Source of the DNA: Alphaproteobacteria bacterium
GTDB lineage: Bacteria; Pseudomonadota; Alphaproteobacteria; Rs-D84
Reading direction: 5' to 3'
Length of the DNA: 39,381 bases
NCBI GenBank assembly: GCA_031549365.1
Contig: JAVBPX010000011.1
Span: 1 to 39,381 of the forward strand
Part shown: positions 1-11,056 of the stretch, in pieces
How the letters are laid out: every line of letters starts with the position of its first letter
Position numbering within the stretch: the stretch's first letter is position 1
Position numbers and translations under genes: made by a program
Notes under the pieces: generated by a model
Database searches by the model: none
What the model was told of the DNA's origin: nothing
The model's input: only the letters and a program-made list of their open reading frames with translations

Positions 1-141
1 CAACGTGCAGATGGATCATTGCAATTAAAACCCATCTCGCCCCAACGGGGAGAGATAATAAAACATATGATCTTCGATCATCATGTTTTATAGAGAGGGG
101 GAAAATAAACCATTGCGACAGCAACTTTTTATTGTCATCCC
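1..141 (+). repeat. 141-bp terminal direct repeat, left copy (identical to 39241-39381)
   Basis: Bases 1-141 (caacgtgcag...attgtcatccc) match the last 141 bases exactly; includes a family E element and the start of a family A element. Confidence 0.97.
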
Positions 142-334
142 CCGGGACAGATTCAGAAAACAATTAATAATTGTTTTCCCAGTCCTCGGCAGCATCAGCA
201 ATCTTTGATTGCGTGGTTGCATTCTATACCATCATATCCACTCCTCCGGCCTTGCGCCGCCCTGCAACAAATTGCTTGACAAAACCAATAATCTTGCCAC
301 AATCAAATCCAAACCAATAACTACTGGATAAAAC

Positions 335-742
335 ATGAAGAAAAAATTAACCGCCTACACCCTAAATCACTTTATGAAATCACGCAAAATTGGCGAACAA
401 TGGATGGACAAAAGATCCGACAATGAAATATGGCTCTGTCCAACCCACGAATTGGCTGAAACTGTTCGTATGACAAACTTCGAATGGTCTGAAATTTGCA
501 CAGTTATTGGCGATATTAATTTCAGAATGGAAAACGGTTTATACGTAACCCGCGATGCCCATAATTTAAAAATAACAAAAATGGAATCTGAACCAACCGC
601 TCGAACCAATGACCTGCACGATATTCGGAAATCCTATGTAAATCTTTTTAATGATGCGGAACGAACTGCCCAAATATTGGAAAAACTGGACGAATCTGGA
701 CAATTACTAAATAAAATCCACTCTGCAATCCGCAGCATATAA
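335..742 (+). CDS. hypothetical protein (135 aa)
   Basis: ATG ORF with GGA 7 nt upstream and TTGACA-N16-CACAAT at 276-303; no family recognised. Confidence 0.65.
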   Translation: MKKKLTAYTLNHFMKSRKIGEQWMDKRSDNEIWLCPTHELAETVRMTNFEWSEICTVIGDINFRMENGLYVTRDAHNLKITKMESEPTARTNDLHDIRKSYVNLFNDAERTAQILEKLDESGQLLNKIHSAIRSI

Positions 743-826
743 ATTATTCCGCGTGGACCTTTATCTAACGCTCGGACAAAAAACAAATTGTAATTTTATT
801 TTTTGTCCTTATAATGTGCAACACAT

Positions 827-900
827 TGGGGCATCGTCTAATGGTAGGACTGCAGATTCTGATTCTGCCTATATTGGTTCGAATCCAGTTGCCCCAGCCA
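827..900 (+). tRNA. tRNA-Gln (anticodon CUG)
   Basis: Acceptor TGGGGCA/TGCCCCA, anticodon arm GCAGA-TTCTGAT-TCTGC, T-loop GGTTCGAATCC, encoded 3' CCA. Confidence 0.97.
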
Positions 901-1089
901 TCCTGTGCAGTTGCGAGTGTTTTGACCCGGGAGGGTTGGAACGATTGACTCCAAGCGGGTTCGTAGGTTACCATTCGAAAAACGTAGTTTTTTAGGTTAA
1001 TACGAATCAATCGACCAAAGCGTGAAAATTTTAAGTATTTTTTAAGTTCGAAAGTTTGTGTAAGTTCTCTGGCTATTTTAGCATAAAAA

Positions 1090-1587
1090 CTACTGGTTAT
1101 CTATTTTTTCTTGTATGAACAGATTGAAATAACCATTGTACTTTTCTTGTAATGCCTTAATCTTCCAGTCTTTACCGGTTATGATATGTCTACAATTCGG
1201 CACCCCGCAATGACACTCCATAGTCCAATCCATATCATCAATCATTGCATAATCCTGTGTTAATTCTTCACCTGCGGAAATATCTCGCATAGCAACGACG
1301 GCAATTTGACCGTGACACCCGCAATTAGGGTCACATGAGTGGTTGATATAAATTTTCAAGTTTTCCGCCTCATCTTTTGACAGAGTGCCTAAGAAATAAT
1401 CATCAGAAATGGACCAAAACGATCCATCTCCATAATCCGTAAGTCCCACATATTTTTGAGATATAATATGGCCAGCTTTAATAGCAACAATCTCTCCTCT
1501 TTTGATAGATTCTTTCGCAAAAGAACCTTTTCCAGCAATAGCGTTATCACGAATTTCTATTTTGTCTGAATGAAAACTTTTTAGCAT
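1090..1587 (-). CDS. SET domain protein-lysine methyltransferase with post-SET Zn motif
   Basis: GKGSFA, INHSCDPN, ELTQDY and post-SET CHCGVPNCR motifs; AGGAGG RBS upstream. Confidence 0.92.
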   Translation of the reverse strand: MLKSFHSDKIEIRDNAIAGKGSFAKESIKRGEIVAIKAGHIISQKYVGLTDYGDGSFWSISDDYFLGTLSKDEAENLKIYINHSCDPNCGCHGQIAVVAMRDISAGEELTQDYAMIDDMDWTMECHCGVPNCRHIITGKDWKIKALQEKYNGYFNLFIQEKIDNQ

Positions 1588-1869
1588 TGGAATCCTCCTG
1601 TTTTATTAAGGTAATTATATCATAGATAAGGTATTTGGGGAAATCAAATTTTCTTAATGAAGTCAGCACAACTTATCAAGTCATCAGCTCGTGAACCGCA
1701 AGCAATCTCCAACCAACAAATACAGGTGTCAAATTTTTGTGACACGGGTCAGCACCACCAAGCATTTGGCAAGGTCCGAAAGCCATCCGCCAAAAATCAA
1801 CAAATTACACTAACATTCGGACTGTTTTGTGTTACAATACAACGGAGAACCAAACAAAAGGGCAAATCT

Positions 1870-2481
1870 ATGAAAGATAAATTTCAGAATGCAATAAAGT
1901 CAATCGCTACAAAAGTTGCACCCATTGCAGTCGGTGCAATGACGCTTAATGCTTGTAACAGGATACCAAAAGAACCTGAAATGATGCACGGAGATAAACA
2001 TATTGTAAATCTCGAAGTATTGGATTCAAAAAAATTATCTTCCACTATGCTTATGCCCATGCCAATTATGATATCTACTGGAAAAACAATAACAACGTCC
2101 ATAATTTTGGTTCCAGTTACCAGTATTGATGATATGTATGTTTGTGCAGAAATCCCCAACAAAGACCCTGTTGTTTTACTAGAAAAATCAGATATGTATA
2201 AGCCAGGTGATATAGTAGAGGCATATATTTCCAGTGCCTCAAGGTATGAAAGAGGCAAAAAAAATGGTGACAATGTCAAGGCGTCACATGTTTCTAAGGT
2301 TAACGGTAAATCCACGGCGCAATTTCAACTTGATTCCGCACAAATAAAATTATACCAAAAGTATAAACCAATATTTCAAGAACGAGCGGTAAATAACAAT
2401 GTTAATGACGCGTATAAAAAGGCTAGAAAAGAATATATGCAACAACGAAAAGCTTTAAAGCAGCAGTATAAAAATCGTTAA
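1870..2481 (+). CDS. hypothetical protein, possible lipoprotein (203 aa)
   Basis: Start moved to ATG 1870 (MKDKFQ...) after AAAGGG; lipobox-like LNAC; no family recognised. Confidence 0.6.
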   Translation: MKDKFQNAIKSIATKVAPIAVGAMTLNACNRIPKEPEMMHGDKHIVNLEVLDSKKLSSTMLMPMPIMISTGKTITTSIILVPVTSIDDMYVCAEIPNKDPVVLLEKSDMYKPGDIVEAYISSASRYERGKKNGDNVKASHVSKVNGKSTAQFQLDSAQIKLYQKYKPIFQERAVNNNVNDAYKKARKEYMQQRKALKQQYKNR

Positions 2482-2692
2482 ATAATTTTTGACTTAAAAA
2501 CCTTAACTTTTCATGCCAATTCCATCAATTCATCCGGACAATCGGTCCGAAGATTGCACAGGCTCTCCAACCAAAATTAAAAAATGTCCCTTGCGGATAT
2601 TTTTTTTATTTTAGATCGGACTCTCAGATATAAACGGTCGGTTCGCTTACGAGTTAAGTTTCACAAATGAAATGCCGTGAAACAAAGATTAT

Positions 2693-2718
2693 GCCCCGCA
2701 TAAACGGGGCGATTTTTT
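2693..2718. terminator. intrinsic terminator-like hairpin between convergent genes
   Basis: GCCCCG-cataaa-CGGGGC followed by a T-run on the + strand. Confidence 0.6.
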
Positions 2719-2745
2719 AATAAAATTTATCCTGAATCTTTTGAT

Positions 2746-4599
2746 TTATTTTTTCTTCTTTGTCGGCACCTTCGCACGATTTTGCAATATAACATCATCC
2801 AATTTTTTCTTCTTCTCGGCCGCTGCTGGCAACTTTGCGCCCGGGAAAAACAAATTATGAATTTCTTTGATTTTCTTTTTCGCACGCCCACCTTGTTTCG
2901 TATAATTTTTCTCGGCAATTGTTGCCAGCGCGGAATATCCCCCAGAACGCAATTTTTGAATTGTTTCTGCAACCTGTAATTCTGGAATTCCTAATTTCAA
3001 TAAAATCTCTTGGCCTAATAAAAAACTGGATTCAATTGTTTCAGGCAACGCTTGCGCAACACCCTGGGCCGTTAATTGATCTGCTTCCATCAAATTACGC
3101 GCGCGCGCAAAAACTGTAATACGTGTTGATAACGAACGAACCGCACGAACAGTACGCTTAACCACCGCGGCATTATCCAACGCAATAACAGCAACCTTGA
3201 CTTTGTCCACACCCAACGCTCTCATAACTTCTGCCTGGGTCGTATCGCCATAATATGCATTAAATCCATCTGCCCGCGCCAATACAACTTGATCCGCATC
3301 CAAATCAATCGCGACATAATCAACATGCGCCATCTGTAACATTTTTGCAATTGTCTGACCCACACGACCGAATCCCAAAATTGCCACAGTTGCTTTTTTT
3401 TCGCCACCCAAATTGTTCAATACAGCGGCCTTCTTTTTTGAAAAGAACAAACCATACGACGCCATAAAATCATAAATTTTAACCAAAATTGGTGTAGTCA
3501 TCATAGACGCAACAATAATCACCATTAATAATTGTCCATCTTCAATTGGAATAATTTCAATTCCATTTGTATTGGTCAACTGTAACATTAATAAACCAAA
3601 TTCACCCGCCTGGGCTAATACTAATGCAATCTCGAATGAATCTCGGGACATAATTCCGCGAATTCGTCCAATGATATAAATCGCCAAAAATTTTAATATG
3701 AAAATCCCCGCAACCCAGGCCAAAATAATATGCCAATACGCGGGCAATAAATGTACATTTAAATTCATCCCCAATACCAAGAAAAAGAACGCTAAAAATA
3801 TCATCTTATACGGCGCAATGTCGGCCATAACTTGATGACGGAAAACGGTTTCTGAAAACAACATACCTGCTAAAAACGCACCCATTGCTGGCGGCAATCC
3901 AATCTTTCCCATAACCACAGCCCAAAACACAATATTGCACATGACTAATAAAACCGAAGCCTCTGGACTTTTTTGTTTTGACACCAACCGCATCAAAGGA
4001 TTTAAAACAAACTTTCCAATAATCATAACGCCTAAAATTAAGCCAGCAGTCATCACTAAAATATCTACAACAGACGCGCCCAAATTCAACGACTTCCCGG
4101 CAAACACAGGAATCATTGCCAACAATGGAATCGACAATAAATCTTGAAATAATAAAATTGAAAAAGCCTGACGCCCAACGTTTGTCTGCAATTCATTGCG
4201 TTCTGCCAAAATCTGCAAATCGGACGAAGTCGATGACATCGACAACATCAGAGCCACCATAACAATCGCCAACGGCGCCCAAGTGGTAACACCAAATAAA
4301 ATCGGGACCAAACATAATGAAACAAATAAAACCTGCATTCCGCCGAAACCAAAAATATTACTGCGCAACGACCACAAACGCTTCATGTTTAATTCCAGCC
4401 CCATCGTGAACCATAAAAACATAATCCCCAATTGCCCCAAAAAATCCCAAATCGGAGTGATATTAAAAATTCCAAATTCAAACGGCCCAACTATGATGCC
4501 TGTTACCAAAAACGCCAACACAGAACCCAATCCCAAATATTTGAATAAAAACGAAGACACAAATGCCACCGCCAAAAATATCAATGCAGACTCAACCAT
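2746..4599 (-). CDS. CPA2-family K+/H+ antiporter (KefB/KefC-like) with TrkA-N domain
   Basis: Many TM segments with GLEL, LLFQD, GAFLAG and LAQAGEFG motifs; C-terminal GFGRVG Rossmann motif and YYGD. Confidence 0.92.
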   Translation of the reverse strand: MVESALIFLAVAFVSSFLFKYLGLGSVLAFLVTGIIVGPFEFGIFNITPIWDFLGQLGIMFLWFTMGLELNMKRLWSLRSNIFGFGGMQVLFVSLCLVPILFGVTTWAPLAIVMVALMLSMSSTSSDLQILAERNELQTNVGRQAFSILLFQDLLSIPLLAMIPVFAGKSLNLGASVVDILVMTAGLILGVMIIGKFVLNPLMRLVSKQKSPEASVLLVMCNIVFWAVVMGKIGLPPAMGAFLAGMLFSETVFRHQVMADIAPYKMIFLAFFFLVLGMNLNVHLLPAYWHIILAWVAGIFILKFLAIYIIGRIRGIMSRDSFEIALVLAQAGEFGLLMLQLTNTNGIEIIPIEDGQLLMVIIVASMMTTPILVKIYDFMASYGLFFSKKKAAVLNNLGGEKKATVAILGFGRVGQTIAKMLQMAHVDYVAIDLDADQVVLARADGFNAYYGDTTQAEVMRALGVDKVKVAVIALDNAAVVKRTVRAVRSLSTRITVFARARNLMEADQLTAQGVAQALPETIESSFLLGQEILLKLGIPELQVAETIQKLRSGGYSALATIAEKNYTKQGGRAKKKIKEIHNLFFPGAKLPAAAEKKKKLDDVILQNRAKVPTKKKK

Positions 4600-4630
4600 A
4601 AAAACCTCTTTTCCTATATATAAATATTTA

Positions 4631-4663
4631 TGTCATTGCCATGGACCCAGGCTCTGTGGCAAT
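4631..4663 (+). repeat. family A TGTCA-led hairpin repeat (representative copy)
   Basis: TGTC-ATTGCCA...TGGCAAT; related copies at 133, 5461, 7729, 10984, 13593, 13710, 13852, 16788, 17043, 35700, 39131, 39191 and 39373. Confidence 0.75.
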
Positions 4664-4837
4664 TATTGCAATATTAAAATCTCGCGAATTATACCAAAAA
4701 TCCAAACTAAAATCAATCCCCGACTATTACTGCCATACCGAAACATATTTAATTCCACGCCTCGATTCACTTTTTCCTGAAATCCGACTTTTTTTATGGT
4801 ACAATTCGATTCGAATCGACTAACAATGGGGTAAAAC

Positions 4838-5455
4838 ATGACACTAATTCCAATGGTAATTGAACAAGACGGACGCGGCGAACGCTCGTTCGACATATAT
4901 TCACGCCTGCTTCGCGACCGCATAATCATGGTTTTTGGACAAATTGAACCAACCATGGCATCATCAATCGTCGCGCAATTATTGTTCTTGGAATCTGAAA
5001 ATCCAAACGCTGATATTTCGATGTACATCCAATCTCCTGGCGGCCATATTGACGCAGGATACGCAATTATGGACACCATGCGCTATATTAAACCTGACGT
5101 TTCAACCATTTGTATTGGCCAGGCTGCCTCCATGGGTGCCGTATTATTGGCCGCGGGAACTCCTGGCAAACGCTTTGCTCTACCAAATTCTGAAATTATG
5201 ATCCACCAACCATTGGGCGGTTTTCAGGGTCAGGCCACCGACATCGACATTCATGCCAACCGCATGAAACGAACCAAGGATTTATTGGTAAAACAAATGT
5301 CTGAATTTACTGGCCAACCGACAGATACCGTTCGCGCGGCAATGGAACGCGATAATTTCATGTCCGCCGCCGAAGCAAAAAAGTTTGGCATCATCGACGC
5401 CATAATGGAACCACGCACCGCGAACGACGAAAAATCCACAGGAACAAAAAAATAA
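4838..5455 (+). CDS. clpP: ATP-dependent Clp protease proteolytic subunit
   Basis: [22 protein letters not shown] (catalytic Ser), MIHQP (catalytic His), ERDNFM. Confidence 0.98.
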   Translation: MTLIPMVIEQDGRGERSFDIYSRLLRDRIIMVFGQIEPTMASSIVAQLLFLESENPNADISMYIQSPGGHIDAGYAIMDTMRYIKPDVSTICIGQAASMGAVLLAAGTPGKRFALPNSEIMIHQPLGGFQGQATDIDIHANRMKRTKDLLVKQMSEFTGQPTDTVRAAMERDNFMSAAEAKKFGIIDAIMEPRTANDEKSTGTKK

Positions 5456-5524
5456 TAATCTGTCATTGCTGGCCAATTTATTGGTGCTGCAATCTCAACC
5501 GATAAAAACCCAAAGGCTAATACC

Positions 5525-6778
5525 ATGACCGAAGACAAAAAACAAGACGCCGCCGAACAAAAAACGTGCTCATTTTGCGGAAAATCTCAGTTCGAAGTCA
5601 AAAAACTTGTCGCAGGACCTTCTGTATATATCTGCGACGAATGTATTTCCCTTTGCTCGGACATAATGTCCGAAGATCGCAAACGCAAATCCACCTCGGA
5701 ATTGAAAAACCTGCCAACTCCATCAAAAATTTTCAATTTCTTAAACGAATATATCATTGGTCAGGATAACGCAAAAAAAACTCTCTCTGTCGCTGTTTAC
5801 AATCACTATAAACGTCATTCTGCGGGTAACGTTGGCGACGTTGAAATCCAAAAATCGAACATTATGTTAATCGGCCCAACGGGAACTGGAAAAACTCTGT
5901 TTGCTCAAACCCTGGCTCGTGTTTTGGATGTTCCATTTGCAATTGCCGACGCGACTACACTGACCGAGGCGGGCTACGTCGGCGACGACGTTGAAAACAT
6001 CCTGACGCGCTTACTCCAAAGTGCGAATTACGATCTTGAACGTGCCCAGCGCGGAATAATTTACATCGACGAAATTGATAAAATCGCCCGCAAATCTGAA
6101 AACCCATCACTAACACGTGACGTATCTGGCGAAGGCGTTCAACAAGCCCTATTAAAATTAATCGAAGGCACAACCGCCATGGTTCCACCCCAGGGTGGGC
6201 GCAAACACCCGCAACAGGAATTAATCGCTCTTAACACTTCTGGCATCCTGTTTATTTGCGGCGGGGCATTTGACGGGCTTCAAAAAATTATCGCATCCCG
6301 CACAAACGAACGTGCCGGCATGGGATTTGGCGCATCTGTATCATCAAAATCGGAACGCACCGATAACACAAAATTATCAGACGTCGAAACTGGGGACTTG
6401 GTAAAATTCGGAATTATCCCTGAATTAATCGGCCGCTTGCCAATCATTACAACTTTGACTGAATTGGACGAACCGGCATTGATTCAAATTTTAACTGAAC
6501 CAAAAAATGCGATTGTAAAACAATACGCGGCCATGTTCGCCGTCGAAGGGGTAACATTAACAATAACCGATGATGCCCTGCACGCAATCGCAGCATTGGC
6601 ATTAAAACGCAAAACTGGTGCACGCGGTCTCCGTTCAATTTTGGAAACTGTATTATTACAACCAATGTTTGACGCCCCGGATCGTCCGGAATTATCATCT
6701 GTTGTGATAAACGCGGACGTCATCAACGGAAAATCAGAACCATTATTGGTATTTTCCGACACAAAAAAACAAGCCTAA
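5525..6778 (+). CDS. clpX: Clp protease ATP-binding subunit
   Basis: Zn finger CSFCGK...ICDECI, Walker [33 protein letters not shown]. Confidence 0.98.
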   Translation: MTEDKKQDAAEQKTCSFCGKSQFEVKKLVAGPSVYICDECISLCSDIMSEDRKRKSTSELKNLPTPSKIFNFLNEYIIGQDNAKKTLSVAVYNHYKRHSAGNVGDVEIQKSNIMLIGPTGTGKTLFAQTLARVLDVPFAIADATTLTEAGYVGDDVENILTRLLQSANYDLERAQRGIIYIDEIDKIARKSENPSLTRDVSGEGVQQALLKLIEGTTAMVPPQGGRKHPQQELIALNTSGILFICGGAFDGLQKIIASRTNERAGMGFGASVSSKSERTDNTKLSDVETGDLVKFGIIPELIGRLPIITTLTELDEPALIQILTEPKNAIVKQYAAMFAVEGVTLTITDDALHAIAALALKRKTGARGLRSILETVLLQPMFDAPDRPELSSVVINADVINGKSEPLLVFSDTKKQA

Positions 6779-6806
6779 CGGATAATTACATAAAATCTAA
6801 ACTCAA

Positions 6807-6898
6807 AAAAATCGCCACTGAATTATTTCTGACATCTGAAAATCGAGATTGCTATTCAAAAATTAATTCCTTTCCTGGGTCGGTTTCACGCGATTTTA
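6807..6898 (+). repeat. degenerate family B element abutting the OMP stop codon
   Basis: Right end TCACGCGATTTTA matches the family B end at 18156-18167; left end AAAATCGC..GAATTAT; central core missing. Confidence 0.45.
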
Positions 6899-7702
6899 AA
6901 ACAGAACACGTGCGCCCAATCTAAACTCTGGCGCAAATAATCTGGCTTCAACTTCTGCCCTGTTCCCATTAACACTTATAATTTCATCATACTTCGGCAT
7001 GGCGGTAAAAGTCTGATCAATCGTGATACTAAACGAATCGGTCAAATCATATTCCAATCCAAAAATTGCTCGCACTGAAAATCCCGAAACAGAACTATTT
7101 AAATCCAAATTCCAATTTGCAGCACCAAATCCTGCACCAACTTTGGCGGATAAATTTGGGACTACATAATACCCATAAATTGCATCTATATACATTGAAA
7201 AAACATACCCATCATATCTATACAAATCGCCCAAAATTGTATATTTTCCGTCAAAATTATGAAAATTTAAATCCAACCCAATGTCAAAATATTGCCGTTT
7301 TGGTTCCGATCCAATATAATTGCGCACGCCATAGGCAACATAAATCCCAATGTTATCGGAAATTGTACTGAATGAATCAAAATCAACACCATTAACTTCT
7401 GCTTTCATATCCAAATCTGGCTTTTCATACACAGACAATCCAAACTTGGCAAAAGTCCGGCGTTTTTCACCCGAATAATCTAAAATATATTTATCTTGAT
7501 CAACTTTTATCGACTTAATCTCAACAATTTCTACTTTGGTTGGAACATCACCCTCAACCATGGTCACTTTTTCTGGTAACATTTCTGTAACTTCAACTGT
7601 ATGCGTTAATACAACCTTTGGCTTACTTTCTTTTGCATTTTCGGCCCCAGCCCCCGAAACCATCAATCCAATCAAGCCACCCGCCAATAAAATCTTTTTC
7701 AT
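6896..7702 (-). CDS. outer membrane beta-barrel protein (OmpA/Opa/porin-like)
   Basis: Start moved to MKKILLAGG (signal peptide); alternating beta-strand pattern; C-terminal RLGARVLF ending in Phe. Confidence 0.8.
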   Translation of the reverse strand: MKKILLAGGLIGLMVSGAGAENAKESKPKVVLTHTVEVTEMLPEKVTMVEGDVPTKVEIVEIKSIKVDQDKYILDYSGEKRRTFAKFGLSVYEKPDLDMKAEVNGVDFDSFSTISDNIGIYVAYGVRNYIGSEPKRQYFDIGLDLNFHNFDGKYTILGDLYRYDGYVFSMYIDAIYGYYVVPNLSAKVGAGFGAANWNLDLNSSVSGFSVRAIFGLEYDLTDSFSITIDQTFTAMPKYDEIISVNGNRAEVEARLFAPEFRLGARVLF

Positions 7703-7849
7703 ATCGCATCCATCAATAATTTTATTTTTGTCATTGCGACCGCCGGCACAGCAATATCCGCAATTTTCAACATTATACCAACATCCACATAAAACTTGCA
7801 ACTCCCATTTCAATATGCCAAAATGGCTTGAAACAAACGGAAAGCAAAA

Positions 7850-9085
7850 ATGGCAAAATTTAAATCAGACTTTTTAAACGACATGAACGAACGTGGTTTT
7901 ATATACCAATGCTCGGACTTTGACGGCCTGGATAACGCACTAAAATCTGGCTCTGTTACTGCATACTTGGGCTCCGACCCAACAGCCGACAGCTTGCACA
8001 CCGGGCACTTAATCCCAGTAATGTTAATGCGCTGGTTTCAAAAATATGGCAATAAGCCAATATTGTTGGCGGGCGGCGCGACTGGCCGAATTGGTGACCC
8101 CTCTGGCCGCGATACATCGCGCCCAATGTTAACGAACGCTGATATTGAAAAAAATGTTGCTGGATTAAAACAATCATACTCACAATTTATGAAATTTGGA
8201 ACAGGCGAAACCGACGCCATAATTGTTGATAATTACGACTGGTTTAAAAATTTCGGATATATTGATTTTTTACGCGATTACGGCACTCATTTTACAGTAC
8301 CTCGAATGTTATCGATGGAGAGTGTAAAACGTCGTCTGGACAACGGCATGACCTTTTTGGAATTTAATTACATGATCTTACAGGCTGTTGATTTTCTGAC
8401 CCTATTTCAAAAACACAACTGCGCCCTGCAATTATGTGGTGCCGATCAATGGGGCAATTGCATTATGGGCGTTGAATTAATTCGTCGCAAATTGGGTGAA
8501 ACTGCATATTGTTTATCAACATCATTGTTAATGGATGCATCCGGAAATAAAATCGGAAAATCTGCGGGCAACGCAACCTGGGTGCGCGCAGATAAAACAT
8601 CCCCGTATGATTACTATCAATCATTCCGAAACGTTGCAGATTCTGATGTAATAAAAATGATGAAAATTTACACAGACCTCCCAATGTCCGAAATCAAAAA
8701 AATGGAAAACATTGGCGGCTCTGAAATCAATGAACTGAAAAAAATCTTGGCCTGGAACGCAACCATGATTGCACACGGCGACGTGGCCGCAACGGACGCA
8801 CAAAACGCAGCCATTGCAATGTTTGAATCTGGTGTTGCACTTGATTCGATTCCATCATATACAATGGAAAATGTTGCGCCTATTGGATTGCTTTCATTAA
8901 TGGTCCATGCAAAATTATCCGGGACAAACTCGGACGCCAGACGCCTGGTTATGGAACACGCGGTAAAAATTGATGATAACATCATCGACGATCCAAAATA
9001 CATTATTGACCCATCTTCATTTGATGAAAATTATTTTGTATTATCAGTCGGCAAAAAGAAACACCTAAAAATAAATATAAAATAA
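7850..9085 (+). CDS. tyrS: tyrosine--tRNA ligase
   Basis: DPTADSLHTGH (HIGH), EFNY, GADQWGN, KIGKS (KMSKS), C-terminal S4-like domain. Confidence 0.97.
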   Translation: MAKFKSDFLNDMNERGFIYQCSDFDGLDNALKSGSVTAYLGSDPTADSLHTGHLIPVMLMRWFQKYGNKPILLAGGATGRIGDPSGRDTSRPMLTNADIEKNVAGLKQSYSQFMKFGTGETDAIIVDNYDWFKNFGYIDFLRDYGTHFTVPRMLSMESVKRRLDNGMTFLEFNYMILQAVDFLTLFQKHNCALQLCGADQWGNCIMGVELIRRKLGETAYCLSTSLLMDASGNKIGKSAGNATWVRADKTSPYDYYQSFRNVADSDVIKMMKIYTDLPMSEIKKMENIGGSEINELKKILAWNATMIAHGDVAATDAQNAAIAMFESGVALDSIPSYTMENVAPIGLLSLMVHAKLSGTNSDARRLVMEHAVKIDDNIIDDPKYIIDPSSFDENYFVLSVGKKKHLKINIK

Positions 9086-9091
9086 AAAATC

Positions 9092-10891
9092 ATGTCTCAA
9101 AAATTAATACGGAATTTTTCTATCGTCGCACATATTGACCATGGCAAATCAACCCTGGCCGATCGCTTAATTGAATTCACTGGCGGCCTTGACTGTCGCG
9201 AAATGAAGTGCCAGGTTTTGGATTCAATGGACATTGAACGCGAACGCGGCATTACGATCAAGGCTCAAACCGTCCGTTTATCATACAGGGCCAAAGACGG
9301 CGAAACATACCAATTAAATTTGATGGACACTCCTGGCCACGTGGATTTCACGTACGAGGTTTCAAGATCATTGGCCGCCTGCGAGGGCGCACTATTGGTT
9401 GTCGACGCAGCCCAGGGTGTCCAGGCTCAAACCCTGGCGAACGCATACCTTGCAATCGACAATGATTTGGAAATTATTCCAGTATTAAATAAAATTGATT
9501 TACCATCATCGGACGTTGAATCCGCAAAACAACAAATAACCGAGGTTATCGGCATCGATGCCACAAACGCAATTTCCGTATCTGGCAAAACCGGCATGGG
9601 CATCCCCGATGTATTGGAAGCAATCGTAACAATGCTCCCACCTCCTCACGGCGATGAATCCGCACCAACCCGTGCTCTCTTGGTCGACAGCTGGTATGAT
9701 GCTTACTTGGGCGTTGTAATTCTGGTACGCGTTGTGGACGGTGAATTACATCGCGGACAAATGATTCGCTTTATGAAATCCGGCGTTGATTATAAAATCG
9801 ACCGCGTTGGTGTATTTACTCCAAAAATGATTTCAACAGACGTACTTAAAACGGGCGAGGTTGGATTTATCATAACCGGCATGAAAACGATTCATGATTG
9901 TAAAATTGGGGACACTCTGGTTGATGTAAAATCAACTGGCATTGAACCCTTGCCTGGCTTTAAGCCATCAATTCCAGTTGTCTTTTCATCCTTTTTCCCG
10001 GTCGAGGCTGACGAATACCCAAAATTAAAGGAAGCCGCGGAAAAATTATCCCTAAACGACGCATCATTTTCATATCAAACTGAAAATTCATCTGCCTTGG
10101 GCTTTGGGCTTCGCTGCGGATTTTTGGGATTATTGCACATGGAAATTATTTCCGAACGCCTATCTCGTGAATTCGATTTAAATTTGATTACAACTGTACC
10201 ATCCGTTCGTTATCGCTTGGAATTAAATAATTGCACGGATATGGATTTGCATAATCCATCCGACATGCCAGACCCAACATATATCAAAACAATTTATGAA
10301 CCATGGGTACGCGCAACCATTATTATGCCTGATACTTATGTTGGAAACATTTTGGGTCTTTGCACTGAACGTCGCGGGGTCCAGGAAACTTTGACATACA
10401 TCGGCACCCGCGTAATGGTTGTTTATAAATTACCATTGGCCGAGGTTGTCTTTGATTTCTACGACCGAGTGAAAAGTTTGTCCCAGGGTTACGCCAGCTT
10501 TGATTATGATTTAATCGGCTATGAACCATCTGATTTGGTCAAGGTTACAATCCTGGTCAACGGTGAAAACATCGACCCATTGTCGTTTCTGTGCCATAAA
10601 TCATCTGCCGAACAACGGGGCCGCGCAATTGTTACAAAATTAAAGGATTTAATCCCACGCCACCAATTCAAAATCCCGATTCAGGCGGCCATTGGCGGAC
10701 GCATAATCGCGCGCGAAACCATCGCCGCATTTTCCAAGGACGTAACGGCAAAATGCTATGGCGGGGACGCAACCCGTAAACGCAAATTGCTTGAAAAGCA
10801 AAAGGCCGGAAAAAAACGTATGCGCTCATTTGGCAACGTTGAAATCCCACAATCGGCATTTATCAACGCTCTCAAAATCGACAATAAATAA
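9092..10891 (+). CDS. lepA: elongation factor 4 (LepA)
   Basis: [53 protein letters not shown]. Confidence 0.99.
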   Translation: MSQKLIRNFSIVAHIDHGKSTLADRLIEFTGGLDCREMKCQVLDSMDIERERGITIKAQTVRLSYRAKDGETYQLNLMDTPGHVDFTYEVSRSLAACEGALLVVDAAQGVQAQTLANAYLAIDNDLEIIPVLNKIDLPSSDVESAKQQITEVIGIDATNAISVSGKTGMGIPDVLEAIVTMLPPPHGDESAPTRALLVDSWYDAYLGVVILVRVVDGELHRGQMIRFMKSGVDYKIDRVGVFTPKMISTDVLKTGEVGFIITGMKTIHDCKIGDTLVDVKSTGIEPLPGFKPSIPVVFSSFFPVEADEYPKLKEAAEKLSLNDASFSYQTENSSALGFGLRCGFLGLLHMEIISERLSREFDLNLITTVPSVRYRLELNNCTDMDLHNPSDMPDPTYIKTIYEPWVRATIIMPDTYVGNILGLCTERRGVQETLTYIGTRVMVVYKLPLAEVVFDFYDRVKSLSQGYASFDYDLIGYEPSDLVKVTILVNGENIDPLSFLCHKSSAEQRGRAIVTKLKDLIPRHQFKIPIQAAIGGRIIARETIAAFSKDVTAKCYGGDATRKRKLLEKQKAGKKRMRSFGNVEIPQSAFINALKIDNK

Positions 10892-11056
10892 TCTGATATG
10901 ATAAAACTACAACACCCATTCTCGGGCGTATCCTATTTATTTGTAGATCCTCTATCAATTATGCGGATCTTTGCGCCTAAATTTGTCATTGCGATGATTC
11001 ACGACCCCGCGGCAATCTTTATCTCGGCGAGACGAAGCACAGACGGATCTTCGCCA

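Noticed and set aside
960-1000. c-di-GMP-I riboswitch (ACCATTCGAAA resemblance)
   Set aside because: Lacks the GGCAAAC / GGACGCAAA framework and the second stem; treated as a chance match.
753-1010. 80-81 aa ORFs on both strands
   Set aside because: They overlap the tRNA-Gln gene.
827-2600. Integrated prophage or ICE at tRNA-Gln
   Set aside because: No integrase and no duplicated tRNA 3' end seen in the window.
2612-2690. Possible distant family C copy (TCGGACT ... CCGTGAAA)
   Set aside because: No P1 pair and no CG junction; only a GTTTCAC/GTGAAAC hairpin.
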